Shown here: positions 13,981-26,577 of the stretch, piece by piece | Layout: each line of letters begins with the position of its first letter | Position numbering within the stretch: position 1 is the first letter of the stretch | Source of the DNA: Eukaryota sp. GEM-RC1 | Taxonomy: Eukaryota | Length of the DNA stretch: 64,000 nucleotides | Assembly: GCA_040285855.1 (NCBI GenBank) | Contig: JAUFOQ010000010.1 | Location: forward strand, 372,001-436,000 | Direction: 5' to 3' | Translations under genes and position numbers: made by a program | The notes under the pieces: generated by a model | Told to the model about the DNA's origin: nothing | The model's input: the letters and a program-made list of their open reading frames with translations, nothing else | Database searches by the model: none

Positions 13981-14305
13981 CTTTTTCTTAGGGTTTGTAA
14001 CAACCATTATGGCCTTTTCACTGACTATTTTGATAGTATTCCTTGATATCAAATTATTATGAATATCATAACAATGTGTTTGTTCTGCTTCAATGAAGAA
14101 AAACTTAGTGACAAATTTCTATTACATTTGATTCCTTCATTTGATTGAATAGTTCAAGACGAATTGTTCACTAATTTTAACAATGACTTCAGTTTCAGCT
14201 TTCCCTGTTGAACTTTATCTATAATCTATATAATTTCTATCAACATCCTAACAATTGCAAGTAGGATTCAAGAATAGAGTAGGAGCTTGTGAGACAAAAG
14301 AATAA

Positions 14306-15226
14306 ACACGCTGACTCGGTGTTAAAAATTTCATTTGTTGTTTCAAATCCAAAGAAGATATTCATTAATGTCTTAATGTCTTGCAACCCTCGTTAATGTC
14401 ACGTCACCACTAATCTTCAAGGGTGCTGGATCCATCACCTCTACTTATTTATTATTATTAATCAGGCGTCTGTATTGGGGAAAACAATTTTAGAACAGTT
14501 GTTTATATAATCTGTTCCATTGAATTGATTTTTTAGTTATCTTTCTTAATTTTCGAATGATGAGAGTAACTTTCATCATTATTGTTTGTTTAAATGCAAT
14601 TTCGAAGATTAGCTAACATTACTTAGGTTACTTATATCTTCTTTCAGTGTTCTCATTATTAATCATCTTTATCAATCCATTTTTTAGTGCTGGTAACACA
14701 TTGATTACCACCAGTAAAAAACAAATATACAACATTCAAATCAAGACTATACAATAGACCAAATGTTGTTTTCTCACACCATTTGTTGAACCAAAAGGGA
14801 ATGTAGGGTTTCAATTCTGGGAAACGTGACGTTGTATTGATTTTGAAACTTGACAACGTGATACAAGAAAGGGAAATGTATCTAAATGAAAATCATAACT
14901 CACAAACAATCGTGGGCAATGTTGAGTAATGAAGGAAATGAAGTTTTCAAGCATAATTGATTCACTGCTTGAGATATGTAAGGTACAGAAATCCAAATTT
15001 GTAGTGTCAAAATTGCCATAGGAAAATACGTGTTTTTCACTATGCTCATTGTGATCAATGATCTGGATGGAAATTGAAACAATTGGGTCAACAGAAGAAT
15101 CACGTTTAACTTCTAATTGATTTTCAGCTTCACCTTCAACAGTTTCAGTATCATCATCTTCTTGCACAAGTTGAACATTTCTACCATTAATTCTTTCTTT
15201 TTTGGCAAAATCACTTTGAACATGGA
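14306..15226 (-). pseudogene. Family-B DNA polymerase 3'-5' exonuclease-like domain remnant plus a conserved element terminus
   Basis: DPIVSISIQ...SESIMLENFISFITQHCPRLFVSYDFHLDTFPFLVSR resembles the PolB exonuclease pattern DPIxxIS...ExEMLxxFxxF...PDxIxGYN...FDxPYLxxR. A second copy lies at 45590-47320. Confidence 0.55.
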
Positions 15227-17490
15227 TTAAACAAAAATGGCCTTACCCCTTCTTCTTGGGAATCGAGTGTCATTCCAATCCCCAAAACCAACAACGACTT
15301 CATTTGGATCACCATATTGGAGAGCTAATCTGCGGACCAAGTTTTGTTCACTTCGTTCTTTTCTTGAATATTGAGTCAGGTGTCTACGTCTAAAAAAATT
15401 TTCTTCATAAAGGCCTTCTGTTGCAGCAGGTATTTGTTGATTTGGTCCTTTCTTAGGTAGTTTCTTTGATGGTCCTGTCTTTTTATGTAATCTTTCCGCA
15501 GTTACTTTTCCAGTTGTGGTTGATCTCATTAACACAGAAAACTTCATTGTTAACCATGTACCTTGAAAATTCTTCCAGTTTGCATGATTTTTTTCTTGGA
15601 GTATAAGAACTGTAGGAATCCATTCCACACACTGTTCTCAAACTCAGTTGAGTACCTTTGTAATCGTTCGCTTTCGGTCAATTTGACATTGTTTTTGTTA
15701 CAACGCTTTCTTTCACGTTTTTTGAAATTTGGTTTTTCATTTCGTTCCTTTTTAGCTTTGTTTTCTTTCTGTGTCAATTCTTTTGGTACTGTGATGGTCG
15801 ATTTTTTCTTGGTTTCCATCCAGACTTGTTAAGATCTGCCATTCTCTTCCCAGTAGTGTATCGAAAAACCTTCCATTGGTCACACTTTTTCCACTTTACA
15901 AGTTGTGGGTTAGTACCTTGCTTCCAATCATTTAATTGTTTTTTTCATTTTTTCCAAACTTCCTCTTTTTTAGAAGACAATGGATCAATCTTTCGTTTTC
16001 TAACTAGGGTAACTGGTTTGGGCTCAATTTCATTCTCAACTGAAGAATCAATAGATTGTTCATTTGAAGCAAGATTAACTGCTGTAACATTTTCACGAGT
16101 ATTTCCATTTTCATAAAGTAAATCTTTCCGCATCATTAATAAACTACAACTTAAACCGTCTGACGAAATTGAAGTGTATTTAAAGTCATAGGATAATGAC
16201 TCTGGAATAGCATGTGGGTTTAAGGTTTTAAAATTGAATCCCAAATAAGTTTCGGTACTTCATTATAGTTATAGGGAAGATCCATACGAAATAATTCGTG
16301 GAACCATTGCGTATCGAACCTGATATGATTTGGAATTAATGACTTAGACAATGGGAAAGGATTGTTTGCTGTTACACCAGGACAATAATCTTCAAAAGAA
16401 GGTTCAAATACGATGCACGACTTAAAAAGTATAATGGATCACTCTTTTCGGCATAGAAGATCGTTTTCTCCATCTTTCCTTCCAAATACTTAAATAACTA
16501 ATTGAAGAAGAGTATACTCAAGTGAGATTCCGGATTGGTTAAAACTGGATTGTCATCAAAGTTAATTTTGAAAATTTCATCATTAATAATTAATTTTATA
16601 CCTTCATCAATCCTTTGGCAGAGTTCTTGTCTTTGAGTTATGTTGGTATTAGCTTCCATTTTCTCTTTCTTTTGAGTCACCAAGTACACATGGAAATGTT
16701 AACGTATGTTTTTCTTATAATTTGTAATAATTTCGGTTGTAGCGTAACCAAAAGACCAAGACAAATATAGTTCACTTGGAAACACGATCCTGTCTTTACC
16801 AACCATTTCAGTAGCAGTTTCTAACAGAGGGATGTAGTTTGATAGGAAGTGTTGGGCGAACTCCTTCTTTGTAGTTGTTTTAACATTAGAAATGATGCTG
16901 TTTAAAGAGTTTTCCACAATTTAATATGATCAGTACTGTTGAAAAATTGGTCATTTTTGGAATCCACATCATTCCAACAGTTGTCCCATTGGACCCAACT
17001 TAAAGTAACCTCCCAGTCTGGTAGTTCAAATTTGGTAGTTTGAATTTTAGTAAACAGGTCAAGTTCAGGTTCACCAGTTTGATTTTCATCAATGTCTTCA
17101 TCTAAAATTTCAAATTTAATTGTACGATCGCAAACAAAATGAGGATCCGAATACATGCAATTCAGTTTCTTCTTCTAATTGTTGAGGCACAAACTCTTCA
17201 CTTAAAACTTCTGTTTGTTCAGTGTCTGAAACTTCAGTGTCTGTTTCAATTTCTTCTTTAACAGATAAAATGTAATCAGTGGGATGTAGTATCCCTTTGA
17301 CCTTGTCGAAAATTAAAGAGTTGTGAAATGTAGTTACGAAAAATTGTTTCAACAAATGTGTACCACGAACTCTGACTTGATGAGCTCTCTTAGCACAAGA
17401 TTCAATCCAATTCGCTTTAGTCTTTGATACAACATTATCTAGTCGTTTCCTTACCACCTTCAGTGGTGGTCGTTCTCTTAATTTTTGCTT
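15227..17490 (-). pseudogene. Fanzor1 (eukaryotic TnpB-family RNA-guided nuclease), disrupted and C-terminally truncated
   Basis: Fanzor1-type motifs occur in the expected order across frames: TEIITNYKKNI, NPFPLSKSLIPNHIRFDT (~16310-16365), SISSDGLSCSLL, FRYTTGKR, SCKLEEFSRY, LYEENFFRRRHLTQYSRKERSEQNLVRRL, VVVGFGDW. RuvC-II Glu, the Zn finger and RuvC-III were not seen. Confidence 0.75.
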
Positions 17491-17772
17491 CTTTTCATCG
17501 AAAAGATCAAATAAAAGGTATTATATCAGAGACAACTTATTGATTGAGTTCAATAACAAAGTGGCTCTCGAAGTTGTAGATTCGTAAAGTTCATTAAGTT
17601 TTGTTAATTCTGCTAATAAATCCAATCTCCATAATAGCTTTGGGTTTTAGTTTTACAGATGGCGCTTTGTTTTGACGTTCTTCAGTTTTGACTTTCATTT
17701 GTTCAACTGAAACTAGAGGATTGTCCAAAGAATTAAATATTCTCTTAAAAAGACATTTTCCTTGTCAAAATT

Positions 17773-18330
17773 TTAAAATGTTCTCGAATGATTATTCATG
17801 TCCAAAATAATTTTTGTCTCGTTTTCCAAAAACCAACCACCTCTAAAGACATACAACTTCTTCAATACTGAATTCAAGTCAAGGGAATAAAAAGGGCCAA
17901 TATCCATTGGTTTGCACCATCTGTGGAACCAAGATGGAAGAGAAGAAATGTAATCATCAATTGCATAATCCATGTCAATTTCAAATTTTTTATATCGCGA
18001 TACTAGAAAAGGGAAATTATTTACATGTCAATCATAACATATTAACAAACTAGGCCGGTTAAGCTTCAAAAATGAAATGAAATTTGACAACATTGATTTT
18101 TCAATTTTCAACGTGTGAACTACACTATTAGGAAGTGAAATTTCTGAAACATTATGGGTGAATAGGTCATTTGCAAATTTATCATGGGTAAACTGAAGAG
18201 AGATTGATCCAATTGAATCTAAATCTGGATCATGTTGAATTTTAAAAGTAGCATCCTACATTTGTGGAATACATTCTACAGTTGATTCAATTGATTGCTT
18301 TTCGTCTACTTCTGGCTCCTGTTTAGCTCG
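17773..18330 (-). pseudogene. Second, diverged PolB-exonuclease-like domain remnant upstream of Fanzor
   Basis: DSIGSISLQF...EKSMLSNFISFLKLNRPSLLICYD*HVNNFPFLVSR...WFHRWCK..GPFYSLDLNSV is paralogous to the 14659-15100 segment (WFNKWCE..GLLYSLDLNVV). Confidence 0.5.
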
Positions 18331-18860
18331 AACGACTTTAAGATTCCAACGTTCGTCTGGCTATTCTTTAACTGAAATTAATGGTATTACTTATCATAAA
18401 CTCTGAAACAAATACTAACCATAGTCATTGGTTAATCGACGTTATGATTTTATATCAATAAACAATGGACCATAAACAATTATCATTTATAGAGACAATT
18501 ATTTTGTTTTTATTTTTGTCAAAGAATAGAGCAGCCACATTTCCAAAGCGGAGAGATGGGGCAGAAGTGCAACGATAAGATCTCCATAGAAATACAAGGT
18601 TTAGGAACGACGTGATGAAACATCTATAAAGGAGATTGGTATAAAGTTATTTTAACGGTGCGGTCAGAGCTTGTAGATGTGTGATTTAAAGAGTGATTAT
18701 TGTGGAAAAGAGTCTCTCTGAAAAGTGCAAATCCTTCATGAAATTAAAATGTAGAAACTGTTGATTATCTGTTCTACTCATTTGAATCATGAATCGTGAA
18801 TAGAACAATAAATTCATTTCAAATATTTTAAAAAATCTATATGTACTCTAAAAAACTATG

Positions 18861-21091
18861 AAGCCAGAATCGTCACCAAAAGTCAAAGATCTGTTTAGCC
18901 TGATTATTCACATAAATCAAAGACTGACTTATTAAAGAAACAAGAATTATTCAAAGTTAGTTTCTTGATTGTGAAACATTGAGACAAGGGCTGTAGTTGT
19001 GCTTCACCAGTACACGTAGTTATATTCCAAAACTTTGAGTGAAAAACAAATCACTCATCATATTTACCTTGTTTGATATAACCCAAGGTAAAGTAACCCA
19101 AGGAGCGAATCAAAAGATTGTAAACGACCCAGGCTTGATGAAGAAGCGATAAGAGAAACATGGGTTTTTGGATAGGATTTAGTAGAGATTTTAAGGTACC
19201 TCAAACTTTGATTCAGACACAGGGGTGATGCTATGACATGATCGTAGTCACATTGTGGAAGTACATTATAAGTGTTTGGAGAAAGAAGAAGATGGTTAAG
19301 AGCATCAGACTGTATAAGACACAACGGAGAGTTATTAAAGGAGATGATATTCTTCCAAACAATATTAGAATTCTGGAAGTGTGACCTCCTGATTCAAGTA
19401 CAGTCTAGACCTTAATGGGAGTTTTACCTTAATGGGAGGTTTTGTTTGTACAGACATGAACAGCAGACGACAGCCTTTTATGATATATAAACCAACAAAC
19501 TATGACTATTGTGCACCATTTGGTGATGAATTGAAGATGGCACGGATCTACCACCACGGGTAATCGTCGTCAAATTTAAGTGGTGGACACTCAATCATCA
19601 GCAAATAGCAATATTCTCTCAGATTTCTGCTAAATGGATGGATGAGAGAAGGGGAGAACTAGTGCTAACGGGGAGGGCGATATAAGAGCGAGAAAGGTCA
19701 AGGACGGACCTGCAACTACCAATATAGGAAAGGAGAAAGTTTCAGATACTCAAAGAGACAAATCACAGAGAACTTGTTCTGAAACCGTTAGTACGCAGAA
19801 TTGAATATGTGAATAGAAGAACCCCTTCAAAGCATTGATACGACAATAGCAGCATTAACATTGCTAGAGAAGAGTGTTCTTAAAAAGAGAATCTACAAGA
19901 GGGATATAAAAGATAGGGTAATTTATGCAAGAAGTACACCTAAAATCGTATTCTCAAGATGACAACGAAAACAGCAGATGATTGGTGATGAAAAGGGTAA
20001 GCTTATGTCTTAAGTTTACCCCTTGTTTCTTTGCTGCCTAAGAAACAATACTCTCTGTTATCTACTCTTTCTGAAAGTCAAAAATAAAAACCAATGATCC
20101 CGGTTAAGCTAGATTAGAAGGGTGTGATTGTTGCAAAGATAAGGTATCGATTCTGGCTTATATATGGTACTGTAACTGTTGGAAGAGGTTGAAAAGGAAC
20201 CCGAAAAGGGAAAAAATTGTCGTGCGACAAAATGATGTTGGAGTTTTTTTGAATGAACTCTTCGATCTGTGGTCTATTTTCTTCTTCCAATGTCTCACTA
20301 TCTCTGTGATATTTGTCATGAAATTCTCAAGAATCCGGTAACTACTTGGTGTGGCCACACCTTTTGTATGTCAGATTTGCAGGAGTGGCTTGTTTCTCAT
20401 AACGGATGTCCGATCTGTCGAGCTGAAGTGGACAAGTCAAGGCTGTGTCCTAACTACAAGTTGAAAGAAGCTGTTGAAGCCTTTGTTGCTGGTCAAGGTG
20501 AGACTATTTGTTTTGAGTGTGATGAAGCTGCTGCCACTTGTTATTGCGCAGATTGTGACGCTGATTTCTGTGACAACTGTTTTAACCCTGCGCATCGCCC
20601 CAAGTTGCTACGATCTCATGTTGCTGTCCCCCTAAATAAGAAGCATGCCTACCTTGTTCCTAAGTGCCCCAGCCACAACATGAAGTCGTTAGAGTTGTTC
20701 TGCACCTTCTGCTCCGTCGCCCTTTGCTCCACTTGTGCTTTCCTTGGTGATCATGACCAGCACAAAAAGAAGTTGCTTCCCTTTGACGAAGGTCGAACCT
20801 CTGTTGAAAAGAATATCAACTCTATAAACCAAGAATTGTCCGTTGCTATTGAAAAAATATCACAGTTAGCTGAAGCTGCTATTCAGCAAGCAACAAGTGG
20901 TTTTGTCCAACTCAAAGAAAGTCTGACTGTCCTGCTGCAAGAAACTATGTTAGACTCTGCTACCATTATGAATGACTTACAATCTGGGAAACCTGTCATT
21001 TTTAAGCCAAAGATCAGCGAAAAATTCACTACCACCACTTCAACCCTTCTCAACAACCAATCTAATATCATCTCCTCTTTAAATGAAGAAC
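18861..21091 (+). repeat. Segmental duplication (upstream region plus 5' part of the TRIM-LRR gene); copy at 61757-64000
   Basis: Near-identical sequence from 'aagccagaa..cgtcaccaaaagtcaaagatctg' onward in both places. Confidence 0.95.
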
Positions 21092-22245
21092 TTTTCTCCA
21101 TCCACTCCGATGTTTCTCGTCGTTTGACCTCTCTTTCCGTTGATTCGGAGTCTAGTGTTGCTTCTGCTAGGCTTCTAGAAGACCCTCCTTTACCAATCAA
21201 GTGCATTGAAAGTGTCTGCCCTGTACAACAAGTTGAAGAGAAGAAACTTGTTATTGATTGGAGCAAGCTTAGCTCTAAGTTGAAGAGTTGTTATGATCAA
21301 ATGGTGAGAAATGAGGTTTCTACGATCTATCTAAATAACAACTCAATTGGTACTGAAGGCGCTATTGCAATTGCTGAAGCTTTGAAGGTGAATTCTTCAC
21401 TTTCTACGATCAATCTAAATAACAACTCAATTGGTACTGAAGGCGCTATTGCAATTGCTGAAGCTTTGAAGGTGAATTCTTCACTTTCTACGATCAATCT
21501 AAATAACAACTCAATTGGTACTGAAGGCGCTATTGCAATTGCTGAAGCTTTGAAGGTGAATTCTTCACTTTCTACGATCAATCTAAATAGCAACTCAATT
21601 GGTACTGAAGGCGCTATTGCAATTGCTGAAGCTTTGAAGGTGAATTCTTCACTTTCTACGATCAATCTATATAACAACTCAATTGGTACTGAAGGCGCTA
21701 TTGCAATTGCTGAAGCTTTGAAGGTGAATTCTTCACTTTCTACGATCTATCTATATAACAACTCAATTGGTAATGAAGGCGCTATTGCAATTGCTGAAGC
21801 TTTGAAGGTGAATTCTTCACTTTCTACGATCTATCTATATAACAACTCAATTGGTAATGAAGGCGCTATTGCAATTGCTGAAGCTTTGAAGGTGAATTCT
21901 TCACTTTCTACGATCTATCTATATAACAACTCAATTGGTACTGAAGGCGCTATTGCAATTGCTGAAGCTTTGAAGGTGAATTCTTCACTTTCTACGATCT
22001 ATCTAGATAACAACTCAATTGGTACTGAAGGCGCTATTGCAATTGCTGAAGCTTTGAAGGTGAATTCTTCACTTTCTACGATCTATCTAGATAACAACTC
22101 AATTGGTACTGAAGGCGCTATTGCAATTGCTGAAGCTTTGAAGGTGAATTCTTCACTTTCTACGATCTATCTAAATAACAACTCAATCAACAGTCAAACA
22201 CAACAGTCGTTAAAATCTCTACACCAGAACAGAGTGTATTTTTAG
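20290..22245 (+). CDS. TRIM-like E3 ligase: RING, B-box1, B-box2, coiled coil/linker, 11 RNI-type LRR strands (651 aa)
   Basis: Intact ORF with ATG at 20290. RING CDICHE...CGHTFCMSD...CPIC; B-box1 CFEC...CADC...CDNC...H...H; B-box2 CPSH...CTFC...CSTC...HDQH; then 28-aa LSTIxLxxNSIGxEGAIAIAEALKVNSS repeats. Confidence 0.95.
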   Translation: MSHYLCDICHEILKNPVTTWCGHTFCMSDLQEWLVSHNGCPICRAEVDKSRLCPNYKLKEAVEAFVAGQGETICFECDEAAATCYCADCDADFCDNCFNPAHRPKLLRSHVAVPLNKKHAYLVPKCPSHNMKSLELFCTFCSVALCSTCAFLGDHDQHKKKLLPFDEGRTSVEKNINSINQELSVAIEKISQLAEAAIQQATSGFVQLKESLTVLLQETMLDSATIMNDLQSGKPVIFKPKISEKFTTTTSTLLNNQSNIISSLNEELFSIHSDVSRRLTSLSVDSESSVASARLLEDPPLPIKCIESVCPVQQVEEKKLVIDWSKLSSKLKSCYDQMVRNEVSTIYLNNNSIGTEGAIAIAEALKVNSSLSTINLNNNSIGTEGAIAIAEALKVNSSLSTINLNNNSIGTEGAIAIAEALKVNSSLSTINLNSNSIGTEGAIAIAEALKVNSSLSTINLYNNSIGTEGAIAIAEALKVNSSLSTIYLYNNSIGNEGAIAIAEALKVNSSLSTIYLYNNSIGNEGAIAIAEALKVNSSLSTIYLYNNSIGTEGAIAIAEALKVNSSLSTIYLDNNSIGTEGAIAIAEALKVNSSLSTIYLDNNSIGTEGAIAIAEALKVNSSLSTIYLNNNSINSQTQQSLKSLHQNRVYF

Positions 22246-23135
22246 ACATGTTTTTCTTGGATATAAAGATCACATTTTTCAATCACAAATAATTTCTTGT
22301 CAGAAACACCATTATTAAACGATGTATGTATAAAACACTTCAAAAATGATTTAGCTCAGAACAATCATTGTCCCGAACAAAACTCAGAAGTGACTCACCA
22401 CAGATAATCAAATATCATGGCTGTTTAGCAGATGTTGAGATACATATTTTAACTACTACTCTGGTGAGTAACACACATCATATTTACTCAGCTGGTGCTT
22501 TTGCGATTGTTCCCAATAACACCAGACATTTATTAGTATCTGAAATAGTGTTTATACTATATACTTACCAATATTTGGAATTGCCAACATTCAATCTCAT
22601 TATTAACACGACTATATTATCCTTTGAGAAGCTTCACTGTCAATATATGATGCTTGGATTATTCTCAGTGATGATTCATATACGTGTTTTTGCATTTTGT
22701 CAGTAAATCTGACAGTGATAGACAAAGAATTACCAAAACTGTTTCATTGAATATTGCAGTCAATAGCAAGAACACAAATGGCGGCGTTGAATTTACGAAG
22801 ACTCAGTGAAACTATTTTGCTTTCTGCAGTTTTTACATAGGCAAGTAAAAGCTATTGAAATTAAAGAGTATGAATTTGTAATCTTTGTTAACTGATTGTT
22901 GAGAATTTATTCGCAAATTACAGATATTTTACCAGAAGAAAGAGTGTATATATAGACTTTTTTAATACTGGTTAGAAGTAATATTATTATTTTGTCTTTG
23001 TGTCAAGACACAAAACCGGTTTTTGTACATCTTAACTTATGTAACATATACTAGGTGACACAGCAGTGGATATGTATTCTGTAGACTATCTGAAAAACAC
23101 AAAACGTAATTGATAAGGCTTTGAAGAAACACGGA

Positions 23136-23882
23136 GTCGTCTTTAAGCCAAAGATCAGCGAAAAATTCACTACCACCACTTCAACCCTTCTCAACAACCA
23201 ATCTAATATCATCTCCTCTTTAAATGAAGAACTGTTCTCCATCCACTCCGATGCTTCTCGTCGTTTGACCTCTCTTTCCGTTGATTCGGAGTCTAGTGTT
23301 GCTTCTGCTAGGCTTCTAGAAGACCCTCCTTTACCAATCAAGTGCATTGAAAGTGTCTGCCCTGTACAACAAGTTGAAGAGAAGAAACTTGTTATTGATT
23401 GGAGCAAGCTTAGCTCTAAGTTGAAGAGTTGTTATGATCAAATGGTGAGAAATGAGGTTTCTACGATCAATCTAGACAGCAACTCAATTGGTACTGAAGG
23501 CGCTATTGCAATTGCTGAAGCTTTGAAGGTGAATTCTTCACTTTCTACGATCTATCTAGATAACAACTCAATTGGTACTGAAGGCGCTATTGCAATTGCT
23601 GAAGCTTTGAAGGTGAATTCTTCACTTTCTAGAATCGATCTACGTAACAACTCAATTGGTACTGAAGGCGCTATTGCAATTGCTGAAGCTTTGAAGGTGA
23701 ATTCTTCACTTTCTACGATCTATCTAGATAACAACTCAATTGGTACTGAAGGCGCTATTGCAATTGCTGAAGCTTTGAAGGTGAATTCTTCACTTTCTAC
23801 GATCAATCTAAATAACAACTCAATCAACAGTCAAACACAACAGTCGTTAAAATCTCTACACCAGAACAGAGTGTATTTTTAG
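23136..23882 (+). pseudogene. 5'-truncated LRR cassette 1 (5 strands)
   Basis: Homology to the TRIM gene starts at V-x-FKPK. Frame is open; strands NLDS, YLDN, RIDLRN, YLDN, NLNN. No upstream in-frame ATG. Confidence 0.85.
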
Positions 23883-24771
23883 ACATGTTTTTCTTGGATA
23901 TAAAGATCACATTTTTCAATCACAAATAATTTCTTGTCAGAAACACCATTATTAAACGATGTATGTATAAAACACTTCAAAAATGATTTAGCTCAGAACA
24001 ATCATTGTCCCGAACAAAACTCAGAAGTGACTCACCACAGATAATCAAATATCATGGCTGTTTAGCAGATGTTGAGATACATATTTTAACTACTACTCTG
24101 GTGAGTAACACACATCATATTTACTCAGCTGGTGCTTTTGCGATTGTTCCCAATAACACCAGATATTTATTAGTATCTGAAATAGTGTTTATACTATATA
24201 CTTACCAATATTTGGAATTGCCAACATTCAATCTCATTATTAACACGACTATATTATCCTTTGAGAAGCTTCACTGTCAATATATGATGCTTGGATTATT
24301 CTCAGTGATGATTCATATACGTGTTTTTGCATTTTGTCAGTAAATCTGACAGTGATAGACAAAGAATTACCAAAACTGTTTCATTGAATATTGCAGTCAA
24401 TAGCAAGAACACAAATGGCGGCGTTGAATTTATGAAGACTCAGTGAAACTATTTTGCTTTCTGCAGTTTTTACATAGGCAAGTAAAAGCTATTGAAATTA
24501 AAGAGTATGAATTTGTAATCTTTGTTAACTGATTGTTGAGAATTTATTCGCAAATTACAGATATTTTACCAGAAGAAAGAGTGTATATATAGACTTTTTA
24601 ATACTGGTTAGAAGTAATATTATTATTTTGTCTTTGTGTCAAGACACAAAACCGGTTTTTGTACATCTTAACTTATGTAACATATACTAGGTGACACAGC
24701 AGTGGATATGTATTCTGTAGACTATCTGAAAAACACAAAACGTAATTGATAAGGCTTTGAAGAAACACGGA

Positions 24772-25686
24772 GTCGTCTTTAAGCCAAAGATCAGCGAAAA
24801 ATTCACTACCACCACTTCAACCCTTCTCAACAACCAATCTAATATCATCTCCTCTTTAAATGAAGAACTGTTCTCCATCCACTCCGATGCTTCTCGTCGT
24901 TTGACCTCTCTTTCCGTTGATTCGGAGTCTAGTGTTGCTTCTGCTAGGCTTCTAGAAGACCCTCCTTTACCAATCAAGTGCATTGAAAGTGTCTGCCCTG
25001 TACAACAAGTTGAAGAGAAGAAACTTGTTATTGATTGGAGCAAGCTTAGCTCTAAGTTGAAGAGTTGTTATGATCAAATGGTGAGAAATGAGGTTTCTAC
25101 GATCAATCTAGACAGCAACTCAATTGGTACTGAAGGCGCTATTGCAATTGCTGAAGCTTTGAAGGTGAATTCTTCACTTTCTACGATCTATCTAGATAAC
25201 AACTCAATTGGTACTGAAGGCGCTATTGCAATTGCTGAAGCTTTGAAGGTGAATTCTTCACTTTCTAGAATCGATCTACGTAACAACTCAATTGGTACTG
25301 AAGGCGCTTTTGCAATTGCTGAAGCTTTGAAGGTGAATTCTTCACTTTCTACGATCAATCTAAATAACAACTCAATTGGTAATGAAGGCGCTATTGCAAT
25401 TGCTGAAGCTTTGAAGGTGAATTCTTCACTTTCTACGATCTATCTATATAACAACTCAATTGGTACTGAAGGCGCTATTGCAATTGCTGAAGCTTTGAAG
25501 GTGAATTCTTCACTTTCTACGATCAATCTAAATAACAACTCAATTGGTAATGAAGGCGCTATTGCAATTGCTGAAGCTTTGAAGGTGAATTCTTCACTTT
25601 CTACGATCAATCTAAATAACAACTCAATCAACAGTCAAACACAACAGTCGTTAAAATCTCTACACCAGAACAGAGTGTATTTTTAG
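24772..25686 (+). pseudogene. 5'-truncated LRR cassette 2 (7 strands)
   Basis: Same 5' breakpoint; frame open to the native stop. Confidence 0.85.
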
Positions 25687-26577
25687 ACATGTTTTTCTTG
25701 GATATAAAGATCACATTTTTCAATCACAAATAATTTCTTATCAGAAACACCATTATTAAACGATGTATGTATAAAACACTTCAAAAATGATTTAGCTCAG
25801 AACAATCATTGTCCCGAACAAAACTCAGAAGTGACTCACCACAGATAATCAAATATCATGGCTGTTTAGCAGATGTTGAGATACATATTTTAACTACTAC
25901 TCTGGTGAGTAACACACATCATATTTACTCAGCTGGTGCTTTTGCGATTGTTCCCAATAACACCAGACATTTATTAGTATCTGAAATAGTGTTTATACTA
26001 TATTCTTACCAATATTTGGAATTGCCAACATTCAATCTCATTATTAACACGACTATATTATCCTTTGAGAAGCTTCACTGTCAATATATGATGCTTGGAT
26101 TATTCTCAGTGATGATTCATATACGTGTTTTTGCATTTTTTCAGTAAATCTGACAGTGATAGACAAAGAATTACCAAAACTGTTTCATTGAATATTGCAG
26201 TCAATAGCAAGAACACAAATGGCGGCGTTGAATTTACGAAGACTCAGTGAAACTATTTTGCTTTCTGCAGTTTTTACATAGGCAAGTAAAAGCTATTGAA
26301 ACTAAAGAGTATGAATTTGTAATCTTTGTTAACTGATTGTTGAGAATTTATTCGCAAATTACAGATATTTTACCAGAAGAAAGAGTGTATATATAGACTT
26401 TTTAATACTGGTTAGAAGTAATATTATTATTTTGTCTTTGTGTCAAGACACAAAACCGGTTTTTGTACATCTTAACTTATGTAACATATACTAGGTGACA
26501 CAGCAGTGGATATGTATTCTGTAGACTATCTGAAAAACACAAAACGTAATTGATAAGGCTTTGAAGAAACACGCGGA

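Noticed and set aside
20883..21677. Antisense ORFs over the linker and LRR repeats
   Set aside because: These are shadow frames of the repetitive plus-strand coding sequence.
21318..22185. CRISPR-like array (constant palindromic repeat plus variable part)
   Set aside because: The period is exactly 28 codons in an open LRR frame, the variable parts are near-identical rather than unique spacers, and there are no cas genes.
22368..22706. Repeated 112-aa spacer ORF (MSRTKL...)
   Set aside because: It has a TTG start and no recognisable motif, recurs only because the unit is duplicated, and is frameshifted or stopped in later copies.
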